From IMG/VR virus record IMGVR_UViG_3300020438_000044, positions 1 through 57,314 of that record: DNA of 57,314 nt, one strand, 5' to 3'. Position 1 is the stretch's first letter. Every line of letters begins with the position of its first letter. Of the stretch, positions 37,880-49,300 are shown piece by piece. The position numbers and the translations under genes were made by a program. This DNA is from a virus. Its lineage: Duplodnaviria > Caudoviricetes. Below the pieces are notes generated by a model, which worked only from the letters and a program-made list of their open reading frames with translations, was not told where the DNA came from and did not search any database.

Positions 37880-40345
37880 ATGGTAGACTTTAGTGCAATG
37901 TCAGGTGGCTTCCGTAAATCTATGGAAGACGACAGGGCAACAAGAAAAGACATAGCAAATACATTTGCACAGTTTAGAAAAGATAATCCTTTTGCTACTC
38001 TAGAAGACATGCAAGACCAGATAAACATATTAAGTGGTGGGCGTAACTATCTTAAAGCAGGTCTTCCTAGTTCTAACGTCTTACAAGGTATTGCAACTTC
38101 TAATCAAGAAAATAAAGCACAAGCTGACCTTCAAAAAGAAATAAAAAACTTTGGGGAAATAAACGAAATTGAAGAAGTAATTCGAAAAAATGCTGAAAAA
38201 TATTTAACATCAGCTTTATTTGATGTTAATATTTTAGGTCAAACAGATGACAATGTGTTAAATAAATTAAATGAATTTAAAGATGACTACATAAAAACAC
38301 TTCCAGAAAACATAGCCACAAAACTTGATACAAACATGGAACAGCTTATCGGCTCTGTCTTTACAAGAGACAACGCTACTAAAATAAGAACAAAATCCAT
38401 TGATGAAAAGATGCCTAAAGCAAAAGAAATAATACTTGATTTATTTAAAAAGAAACGTGGTGAAGGAAATAATAATTATGATTTAACTCAAGCAGAAGCT
38501 AATAGGCTAATGAGAGAAACTGGTATTCCAGGCAATGTCCTTTCTGATTTAACTGAATCTATGACGGCAGAATTTAAATTAAATTTAACAAAAGAAAGTA
38601 ATCAATTTATTGCTCAAATAGAACCAATAATTACTACAAACATTCAGCAATACGAAAGTGAATGGCAAAATGGTAACAAAGACAAAGATGATATAAAAGC
38701 TTTAATTAAAACAAATTTAAAATTACAAGCAAAAAATCAAGGAGTTACAATAGAGGATACCCAAATAGATTTTTTAACTGATGGTATACTTTCTAAAGTA
38801 ACTGCAGCGTGGGACAATGGGAAAAGACAAAGATTAAATGAAGAAGATAATTTCATATCTCGAAAAAGAGAAGCAATATTAAAGAGCGTAAATGATTCAC
38901 TGCAAAGTGGTCAAGGAGCCGCTTTTGATGCTTTTGAAGGAGGTGGTATAGATAAATTAAAAGCATATGTACAATCCATTATAGATTCTGAATTAGATGC
39001 AAAAACAGTAGATGGTCTTTTTGGCACAGGTTCAAAAGACGCTGTATCTGCAAGACTTATGAACGAACTTACAAAACAATTAGATTCGGCAGGAGTAGCT
39101 GTTCTTGATGCACAAAAAAAAGCTTTTAAAACTCAACGTGAAAAGCAAGCAGGGATTGCTTTAAAAACAATTAATGAAGAAAAAGCATTAAGTGAAAAAC
39201 TAGGTACAAAATATTTTGGTAAGAACCAAGGCAATTATGCCTTTACTCAAATGGCAAATGGTCAGTTAGCAGGAGGTGCGGCAGAAATAGCTTTAAATAG
39301 ATTATCGTCTAAGTATTATATTACAGATGGTATGGTTGATTTCTTTATGACTGCTTTATCACAATATACACCTAGTGACCCTGACAAAAAAGTATTACCA
39401 GGAGAGATAGAAGATTATTTTATAAGTGTTGGTGGTAAAAATTTACAGACTTGGGCAGATAGAACAAAAGATATGACTAGCGCATTTGAAGGTGGTACTC
39501 CAGAAAGAATAATGACGTTTACCTCTTGGAAAAATCAATTTGAACAAGACGCTAACAATGCAATGGAACAAATAAATAAAAACATTGACGAACTAAGTTC
39601 AGTAATAACAGGTGGTAATGTAGACGAATTAACTTTGCCTAAATTAAATATGGTACTTTCACAAATAAATTCTGTTATGAATGAAGTTCAAACAGGAACA
39701 AATCAAGCAGGACAGACACAAACGATATGGGTGCAAGACGGACAGGAAGACCAATGGAATTGGGACCAATCAGATATTATGAAGTTTGGGTTGCTAGATA
39801 AATTAGAAGCAATGAAAGAACAAGTATCTGAATTAAAAGACAACCAAGCTGTTACAGGTTTTACAAAGACTAACGCAAAAAAAGAGATGGAATACGACCA
39901 AGATGTTCAAACAATACTATCTCAAAGTGGTAGCGCACAAGATAAAAGGGGAAAAATGCAACAAGTGTTTCAAGACAGAGCATTACAACTTATTCAAGCT
40001 ATGCAACAAGAAAGAAAAACATCTCTTACAACACCTACTTATGATAAAACATATGCTTACAAAGCTTTTAATGAAGACTTTTGGGGAGGTCTTGAATGGC
40101 TAAGAGATATATTAGGCGTTGCAACTAGACAAGAAAATTATAAAGACCCTTGGGACGGATATGAAACTTTAGGAGATTTAAAAATAGTCGATGATTTTTT
40201 AGCAAACCCCAAATCAATGTGGCTATTAACTCAGAATACTACTAGAATGCAAGAATTTATAAAAGACCCAATAGAATATATTAATTCAACAAAACAAGCA
40301 GGAAGCACAAGAACAATAGATATATTTAATCAAGCATTTAAATAA
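37880..40345 (+). CDS. Internal virion / ejection protein
   Basis: 821-aa helical protein between ejection genes. Confidence 0.6.
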   Translation: MVDFSAMSGGFRKSMEDDRATRKDIANTFAQFRKDNPFATLEDMQDQINILSGGRNYLKAGLPSSNVLQGIATSNQENKAQADLQKEIKNFGEINEIEEVIRKNAEKYLTSALFDVNILGQTDDNVLNKLNEFKDDYIKTLPENIATKLDTNMEQLIGSVFTRDNATKIRTKSIDEKMPKAKEIILDLFKKKRGEGNNNYDLTQAEANRLMRETGIPGNVLSDLTESMTAEFKLNLTKESNQFIAQIEPIITTNIQQYESEWQNGNKDKDDIKALIKTNLKLQAKNQGVTIEDTQIDFLTDGILSKVTAAWDNGKRQRLNEEDNFISRKREAILKSVNDSLQSGQGAAFDAFEGGGIDKLKAYVQSIIDSELDAKTVDGLFGTGSKDAVSARLMNELTKQLDSAGVAVLDAQKKAFKTQREKQAGIALKTINEEKALSEKLGTKYFGKNQGNYAFTQMANGQLAGGAAEIALNRLSSKYYITDGMVDFFMTALSQYTPSDPDKKVLPGEIEDYFISVGGKNLQTWADRTKDMTSAFEGGTPERIMTFTSWKNQFEQDANNAMEQINKNIDELSSVITGGNVDELTLPKLNMVLSQINSVMNEVQTGTNQAGQTQTIWVQDGQEDQWNWDQSDIMKFGLLDKLEAMKEQVSELKDNQAVTGFTKTNAKKEMEYDQDVQTILSQSGSAQDKRGKMQQVFQDRALQLIQAMQQERKTSLTTPTYDKTYAYKAFNEDFWGGLEWLRDILGVATRQENYKDPWDGYETLGDLKIVDDFLANPKSMWLLTQNTTRMQEFIKDPIEYINSTKQAGSTRTIDIFNQAFK

Positions 40346-40370
40346 ACCATAACGGATACTGGAGTACCAA

Positions 40371-43300
40371 ATGGCAGCGAATTTATACAATCAACGTAAC
40401 TTTAAAAATATAGACTTTAGTCTTGATAATGTTTCGATACCTCAAGACCAAGCAGATTATACATCATCTGTAAATCCAACAAAGATACTTAAAGACCCAC
40501 GTTTTCTTCAAGACCTTAGAGATTACTATGAAGAGAAAGAAGGGTATCCAGTAGGTTGGTCAGACGAAGCTTTAGTGGAAGCTTTTTATGGCGACTCAAC
40601 TTGGAGAGAACTCAATACAGTTTCTGCTATAGGTGGTGCATTCGAACCTTGGGGAATGGGAACTGAATCCAGAGAACGTGCAAAAAGAATTGAGTCCGTC
40701 TGGAAACAGCTACCTATGTTTTGGCAGGAAGGTGGAAGAGGAGCCGCAACTGCTCTTCCAGACATTGCAGGCGCATTAATAGCAGACCCACTTAACCTAA
40801 TCCCAGTAGGAGCCGCGGCTAATACAGCAAAGGCTGCAATTATTGGTGGTAAGACTGTTGCAGGTGCAGTCGCACGAGGTGCAGGAAAAGCCGCACTTTA
40901 CGAAGGTGGTATTGCAGGCGCACAAGAAGGCATTGTAAATGCATCTACGCAAGCAAGAGATATACAACTTGGTTTACGAGATGGGTTTAGTAAAACTGAA
41001 CTTGGTTTAGCTACAGGTTTAGGAGTAGGGCTAGGTGGTGTAGTGGGTGGTGGATTAGGTATTCCGTCTGCATTAGCAGGAGCAGCAGTAGGTAGGAACG
41101 TAGTCAATGACTTATTGGCTAAAGGTTTAACAAGAGAACAGATAGCCGCTTTACCTAAAGAATCTTTAGCAGGATACCAAGAAGTATCTGGCATACTAGG
41201 CGCACCACAACAGGCAGACGAAGTTGTTACAGAAACAGCAGAAGAAACAGTACCATCTCCGATAACTATTGACGAATTAATTGCGAAGCAAGAAGAAAAA
41301 ATAACTATCTATAAAGCAAGTGGTGCAGAAGTTGACGAAGAAGAAACATTCTTAGTTTTATTACAAGAAGCCAAAAAATTTGACGAAGTTATTAAACCTA
41401 ACACAGAAGAACTTATAACAAGTTTACAAAAGAAAGGTCCTAGAGGGGTCACAAAAGCAAGAGAAATGCAAAGGTGGCTCAATGAAGTAACCAGAGTAGT
41501 AGAAAATATTAGAAAAGAAGATGGTTCTGACTTTGATGGCGACCTTGACCAAATACTCGCATATCTAAGAGAAAATCCTTATGGTAAGAAACTTGAGCAA
41601 ATAGCATCAGACGATGTTATTCCTGTGACACCAGGTGGTCAGGCAGGCAGACCACGAGGAGACGTAGAATTACAGGGACAACAGGGAGACGCACAGGGAC
41701 AACAGGCACAGCCGCAGACGAATGCTGATACAATAGCAGACGAAGTTATTTCTGAAGCAGAAGCAGCCGATGCTGCTCTTCCTATGGAACAGGAAGTTAT
41801 AGATTACCTTAGAAAGAATGGAATTGAGCCAGACCAAGTTACTCCTAAAAAAGGAGAAACGACAGTCAGCATGAAAAGAGCGCAAAATGTTGTTACTTAT
41901 AGAAAAAGAAAAGCAAAAAACCAAGACCCTACTGTAGAAAGTTCTGAGCAACAAGAGTTTGATAGTTTAGTAAAAGACCTTAGAGCAAAAACAGGGATAG
42001 AAGTAGACGAGCCAACTAGAGTATCTTTGGCTAGAGCTTTTGAGGAAGAAAAAGGTTTAAATAAAAACACTGTTAAGATTGATATTGATGACCTTGCTGA
42101 TGACATGCTTCCAGAAAGAGATTGGATTGCAGACGAGCAACTTAATCCAGATGAAATAAAACAATACAAAAAGATTTTACAAAGATTTAAGAACCAAGCA
42201 GCGAAAGCACCAGAAGACTCTCCACTTAAAATTACAAAGGTAGTGGAAGCAAAAGCAAGAATGGCTTTTAGAAATCAAAGAACAAACATACCAGGCAAAG
42301 CAAGAACTACTGGTGAGTCAATAGAAAGAGCAGGACAAAACGTAGGAGCAGGCAGAGAAGAGTCTGGAAAGATACAAGGAATACTTAAAAAAGGCGAGAC
42401 TATTGGCAGAAGACCTGGCAGAGCAGATAACACTAAATACGCAGACAGAGAAACTGCTTATCTTAAATCTAAAGAAGCAAGAAGAGACTCACCAAACAGG
42501 CTTGTAGCTTTTTATGCAAATCAAAAAACTATGGCAATAGATGAGAATGGTGTAGAAGCACGTGCGCCTATAGGTGCTAAGTTATATGCAGACGGATACA
42601 CAAGAAAAGTATTCTTAAACAAAGAAGCCGCTTTTAAAAGGACAGGATTAAACGCTCCAGACGGAGAAGACACAGCTAGTTTAATTGGTCAAGCTACAAA
42701 AGAAGTTAAAAAAGATAAGCTACCACAAAAACTTACCTCATCAGAAGCAGTTCAAGAGGCTATAGAAAGTGGAGATGCAAAGGAACTATTAAGAGTTATA
42801 CGTGCAGTATCTAATGATACAGTTGATGACCTTCCTGTTAATCAAAGCACAATACAAACTCCAGACTCAGACGTTGCTCCTGTTACTAGAGGCGACAAAA
42901 GACTTATTGTACAAAACAAAAATAATCCTGATGACGTCAGGATTATTTCTAAAAAGCAAGTTGCTGACGGCAAAGGCATTGAAGCAATCATTGGTCAAAA
43001 AGGTGGAGTTGCTTCAGACCCAAGTAACTGGACTGTTAAATATGCTCCTGCCGATACAAAAGTATTTGGAAGAAAACTTAGAGAGTTGTTTGATAGTTTA
43101 CCAGACGAAAAAAACGCAACTGGTGCTGGTAGTAGAGTTGAAGCAGGTGGTGCTACAGGCATAGGTGAGCCTATAGATATAAAAGAAGCATTAAATTTAA
43201 GAACTAGACTAACAGATGAAGACCTTCAAATACTAGGTAGGTTTAAAATTCTAAACAAAAGTTTAAATCCTATGGGTGGTGGCGAAGAAATGTTTGGAGA

Positions 43301-46300
43301 GCTTCCTGCTAGTATTGGGACATCAGTAGTTGATATTGATTATAAGTCTGTTAGAGAAGCGATGCTTTTTTTAAGCATGCAAGCTAAATGGTCTAAAACA
43401 AGGAATGCTCACAAAGAAGTGATAGAGGTATTTAAAGGTCTTATGGATTTAGAAAATAGACTTCTGCCACCAGAAGGCTTTATTGATACTGAAGCAAATA
43501 GATTTGCAACAATTAATAATTTAGAAAAAATATTCTCAGGATATAGCTCAGACGAAATATCAGCAGCTAGAAAATTATTACAAAATCTTGGTGGCGACCC
43601 ATTTATAGGTCCAAGAATAACAAGTATGGGTTCAAATAATTACTATGTAAATAGAGGTTTCTTAGAAGGTCAACCAGAAGGCGTTCCTTCTATAAACATA
43701 GCGCAACCAAGTACTATAGGAGCAGGAAGCGTTCCAATGAACGCAAGGCTTCTACACGAAACAGCACATTGGGCTTTTGATAATATTCTTACAAGTAAAG
43801 ATAAGCTTGAGTTCTTAGAAAAGATGACAGAGTATTACACAGGAAAAGTTGTTGGTGGTGATGGCATACTAAACACAAGGAAGCTAGATGAAGGTTCTTA
43901 CACTAGCCCACTTAAAGAAGAGTTAGCTTCAGACCCAGAAGCAATGGTGTTTGCAAATGCCCTTGAAGGTCCTGGCGAATTTTTTGCAAATCAATTTAGT
44001 GCATGGGCAGGCAGACAAGATGGTCTTGTAATAAAAGACGAGGGATTTTGGAAAAGAATTGCAGGTTATCTCAAAGGAACATTTGATAGATTCTTTTACA
44101 AGACACCAATAGACCCAGAGCTAGAGCCATTCTTTTTAAAGATACTTCCAAACAAAGACGAGATTGGAAAGAGAAGTTTAGGTACACATAAACCTACTAC
44201 AAAAGCAGGCAAAGCAGCAGAAGAAAAACATAATCAAGTAATGCAGATTGTAACTAGGTTACAAGAATTTACAGAAATATACCCATTAGGAACTATGAGT
44301 TCAGAAGGATTTGTAAATCAATTTACTGAAGACCTCTGGTTTCTAGCTAATATAGTTTACAACAAAAAGAAGTCTGGTGAGTTTAAAATGATAAGCCCTT
44401 ATGCTAGAAGGCTTATTAAAGAAAGACTTAAAGACGTAAACGAAATATTTAAAAACGCAAACTCAAGAGGCGAAGATATAAATTGGGTATCATTGGCTAA
44501 TGAGATTGGCAATGCCACTGAAGCAGGAAATGCAGGTGTATCAATCATTGACCCTGCAAAAATGGATACAGTTGCACAGCATCTTACAGAGTTATATTGG
44601 CATGGATACCAAGGTCCAAACTTTAAAGGTGGCGACAGGTTTGCAGTAAGAGACGCAGACGGAAATGTAACTGGCTATAACTATGGCAAGATAAAAGACC
44701 TAGAAAGAACATCAATGACTCGTATGTTTGATTTTGTTCTTGATAGTCTTGAAAGAAACTTTTCAAAAGTTGAAGATACAAACAAGGTAATGAGAAACAC
44801 TCATACAGAACAACCAGACCTTATTGTTTCTAAAAAGAAATCTGAAAGAGGAGCAGGAAAACAGTCTAACTCAACTAAAAGAATATTAAATAAAGAAGAA
44901 GCTGACTACAATGAGACTATTGATACTGCAAAAAAAGAATTTAAAAGTAAAAAGAAAACTCCTAAAGAAAATGCCAAGGTCAATACATCAAGTGCAGGAG
45001 AATTAACAACTAAAACACTACCACAGTTACAAAAAATGTTGCGTGAGCATAGTGGTACAGACTACGGAAGGCAAATAGCAGAACACGTAGTACGTAAACT
45101 TAAAACATCTACAATGTCAGAGAAGGCTTTTGGTAAAAAGATACCTAGAGAATACGTTGAGATGAGCAAGTTTGAACTTGAAGCAGTATTAAATGATGCA
45201 AACTCAAAAGGCGATACAAAAGCTAGAGACTTTGCAGCTAGAGAAATACAAAGACGAGCTAGTAAAAGGGCATCAAAAAAGAAAGGCATGGATACATCAA
45301 AGCATGTTGGCATGATAGCTAGGTCAAATAAAATTGATAACACAATTAAAATAGAAATAGACGATTCTAATGGTATACAAAATTCTGATGGCATACCTGC
45401 AAACGCAAGACCAATGGTTAAAGAAATACTGTCTTACGTTACACATCGTGACCCAGAGAGAGAAATAGCGGCTCGTTCAATTATATACAGAATGCTTAAC
45501 ATAATGGGTAAAGTCTCAAGAAAAGACAGATTTTCAAATCCTATTTTATCAAAAGATATAGCAAAAATTATAGGTAGAGATTACCTTCTAAGAGGTACAG
45601 ACGAATTTTCTGATTTTAAAGGCTCAGATTTTTCTATACTTAGAACATTTGCAAGAACTCTAGGTCAAGAACTTAATGGAGTTCCTGGCGATGAGACAGT
45701 AAGGTTCTTGTCTGGCATGACTCTAAGAGCATCAATGACAAGAGATGAGCTTGACAAAGTAACATTTGCTTTTAACCAACTGACTCCAGACAGACAGAAT
45801 AAAATCATGGACACATATAAAAGAGGAGGTGGTACAAGCCTTGTAGCATCAGGTGCGCCAGACGAACTTGTTCATGAATACGCAATGATTGATTGGTTAG
45901 CAGGTAACTTCCAGAAGATTTACTCATCAGCAGACGATAGAACTTTAATGAACCTTACAGACGAAATGCTTATGGGTGTGGCTTCTAAGCTAGACCAAAG
46001 GTTTACAGAAGGAGATGTGTTTGGAACAGTTACTCAAATGTATCATAGAAATATGGAAGAAGTTGCTTACGTAATAAATGGTCTTGTTAAAAATGATGAG
46101 TTCAAAGATAAATACTTTGGATTAACTAGACTATATGGAGACATGTTTATAAGAAACAGAAGAGGGGGACTGACTTTTCCGATTATGGATAATGAAGTCG
46201 TGCATTCATCACAAGCAGCAGACGCAGGAAGGTCTGCTTGGAAAAATGCTACACAAGAAGAAAGAGTTAAGATTGTAAACTTTACTAAGAATGGTGTAGG

Positions 46301-49300
46301 TCACAACAGAATTGATGGTGAGCCAGTAGTTTTTTATCATGGCACACCAAATGGCAAAGCACTAAACGGAACTGATACTGGTACAGTTATGAACCTAAGT
46401 TCTTCAAATTCTTTATATGGTAGAGGTATTTATCTGACAAAGAACCCAGTGGTAGCTGAAGAGAGTTACGCAAGAAAACAAACTAAAGAGTCACTTAATG
46501 TACAGATTGAAAGGCTTGCAATAAGTCAAGAAGGCAAAGACGAATTAGAAGATATTGCATACGAGCTTGCTCAAGTTAGAGGTAAAATATCTCTTCTTAA
46601 AAGACAAAACGCAAAATTTGTTGATGCTGATGAAAATGGAAACGCAGATGAGTTACAAAGTTTTATAGAAACAGTTATTTTAGAAGACGAATTAAGAGTT
46701 TTAACTGCACAAGAAAAAGGAAAAGTTGCCCTTCTTGAAAGGTCAGGCATTACTCTTGACCCATATGTAATGCCTTCGTATGTTCAGCTTAGAAACCCAT
46801 TAGATTTTAGAGAGAATACAAGATACTCTGTTGATGACAGAATATTCCCTACAATATCTGAAGGTATTTATGCTCATCTAAGAAACTCAGGAGAAAGTGA
46901 TGCAGATATTCTTGATGCATTTGTTGATATGGAACAAGCTCTTGAAGGAAAAGAATTTATAACTGGCGTTGAATTGTATGAGTCTTTTGGCAGGCTTATG
47001 AATAAATTTTCTAGCACAAAGGCAGAGGCAAAAGATGCATTAACAGACGTTTTCCAAGAATTAGGGCATGATGGTCTTACTGTTAGTCATACTAATACAG
47101 TAACAGATGTTTCAGATGTAAATATAGGCAATCCAATTTACCATGAAGGTGTGGTTTTATTTAAACCAAATCAAATTAAACACGTTAGAGCTAAAAACTT
47201 TGATGCTGAGTCAGGTCAAGTGTTTAATATTGAATTAGGTGGAGGTGTTCCAGAGGGTACAAATGGTTCTATAATTATGGCTTCAATAGACGACCCATCA
47301 TTAAAAGTAGGAGATATATCAACAGGTAAGTTTGGAGAACTGTTAGAAATAGACGGCAAGTCCAGAACATTTACAGGTGTTGCGTCTTCAATGATTAAGA
47401 AAAGACCACACAACGAAGCAGAGGTAGAGGTAATTAGAAATTCTTCTGCTCCTACATGGTTTCAATCTCAGTCAGATAGACTAAATAAGATAGGTGCTAG
47501 ATGGTTAGGCAACTGGTACAAGAACCACTTTACAGAAATATCTGAAAAGTTTGCAGGTAAGTTCATGCCTATAAATAATTTAATGAGAGACTTGCCAGAC
47601 AGTGATGGTAGCCTAAGACGTTGGTTCAGAAAATCAACAGGTAGCGTCATGCAAAGTCAACCAGAAAGCTATGGAAAAATAGTCAGAGCTTTAAGACGTG
47701 ATGTAAATAGTAGGCAGTACAAGGCTCTTAATCCACAAGAAAGAGCAGTAGTAGACAAGATAAGACAAACACTTGATGCAGAACGTGTGGCATTAAAAGC
47801 GTCTGGTTTCCATGTTGGTTACAGGAAAAACTATTTACCACAGGTTTGGAATCAAAATTCTATACGAAAAAACAAAGACGAGTTCTTGCAAGGTATGGAA
47901 GAATACTATGTTAGAGAACAGGCTAGTCTAGGAAAAACGCCAGCAGACGGAGAGTCAAAAAAGTTTGCAGAGCAAATATATTTAAGACTGACAGAGGACG
48001 CAGCAGAAGATGGCGTCTTTCTTCCACACAAAGACATACGTGGTCTTTCTAAAAATCCTGGCAATGACAGTGTAGACTTCTCAAGAGTTCTTAACATTGG
48101 AGATTATCCAGAGTCACTTAATGCAATGGAGAAATTTTTAGAGAACGACCTTGATGCCATACTTGTTAAGTATCTTGAAGGTAGCACAAGAAGATTGGTA
48201 CACTCAGACAAGATGGGCGTTAATACACACGCTGTTAGCGATTACATATTGGCTTCAAACGAAGGAGCAGATGGTATTGCAAAACTTCTTTCAACATCAA
48301 AAGTATTTAAAAAGAATATTAGAGGAATGTCAGAAGACGGAAATGTAGTTGAGTCAGTTCTTACTGATACAATTAGAATGCCTTTTGAAGGAAACCAATT
48401 TAGAGCAAAACAATTTGCAGATGAACTTATTAAAGTTCATACACAAAGTGGTTCATCAGCAGCCAGAAAAATGATTTATGACTTGTACCCAAAGATGAGC
48501 GTGACATACAAAAGACGTGCTGATGCAATTATAGGAGCATTAGATGACTTTAAAGGTCAGTCTGGCTCAATAGCATACGAAAGCGAGAAGTTCATTGACA
48601 ATGCTATGAGAGTAGCAATGAAGAAGCCATTGAGTGGTAGCAAGTCTTTGATGGAAGCATCTAAGTTTATACGAACTGTAAACAACGTAACACTACTTGG
48701 CTTTACCACACTCACATCATTAGGTGATGTGGTGCTACCAATCATAAGGTCTGGCTCTTTCTCAAGTTGGGCTAGTGGTGTTGGTAAATGGGCTACTGAC
48801 CCAGATTACAGACGTATGCTTAACAACGTAGGTGTTGCAATGGAAAACATTGTGCATGAAAGAATGGTTCATATGTATGGTGCGCCAGACAATAAGCTTT
48901 CACATGCTTTCTTTAGTGCAACATTGCTTACTCCTTGGACAGACTTACAAAGAAAGATTGCAGGAGCTACAGGACTAGAAGCATTAAAGACAATGCAACA
49001 ACAGGCAACAAGACACCATAAAGCAGGAACTCCTTACTCGCAACAGAATGCTAAATATAAAACAGCACATAGGTTCTTAGTAAGATATGGATTAGAAGAG
49101 TACTTACCAAGAAAAAATAAAGCAGATGTAAGCTTAACTGATGATGCCGTCTTGAATAACGATAAGGTTAGAATGGCTATCATTAAATTTGCAGACGAGA
49201 GTATCTTCCAACCTAATCCAAATGACGTTCCATTATGGGCGCAGACACCTATAGGACAGCTTGTATTTCAGTTGAAATCTTTTCCACTTATGATGTCAAG

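Noticed and set aside
41523-41543. GSDFDGD in the 3183-aa protein, resembling the multisubunit / crAss virion RNAP catalytic motif
   Set aside because: The context looks helical and low-complexity, with no double-psi beta-barrel motifs and no single-subunit RNAP motifs. Probably coincidental; structure prediction would settle it.
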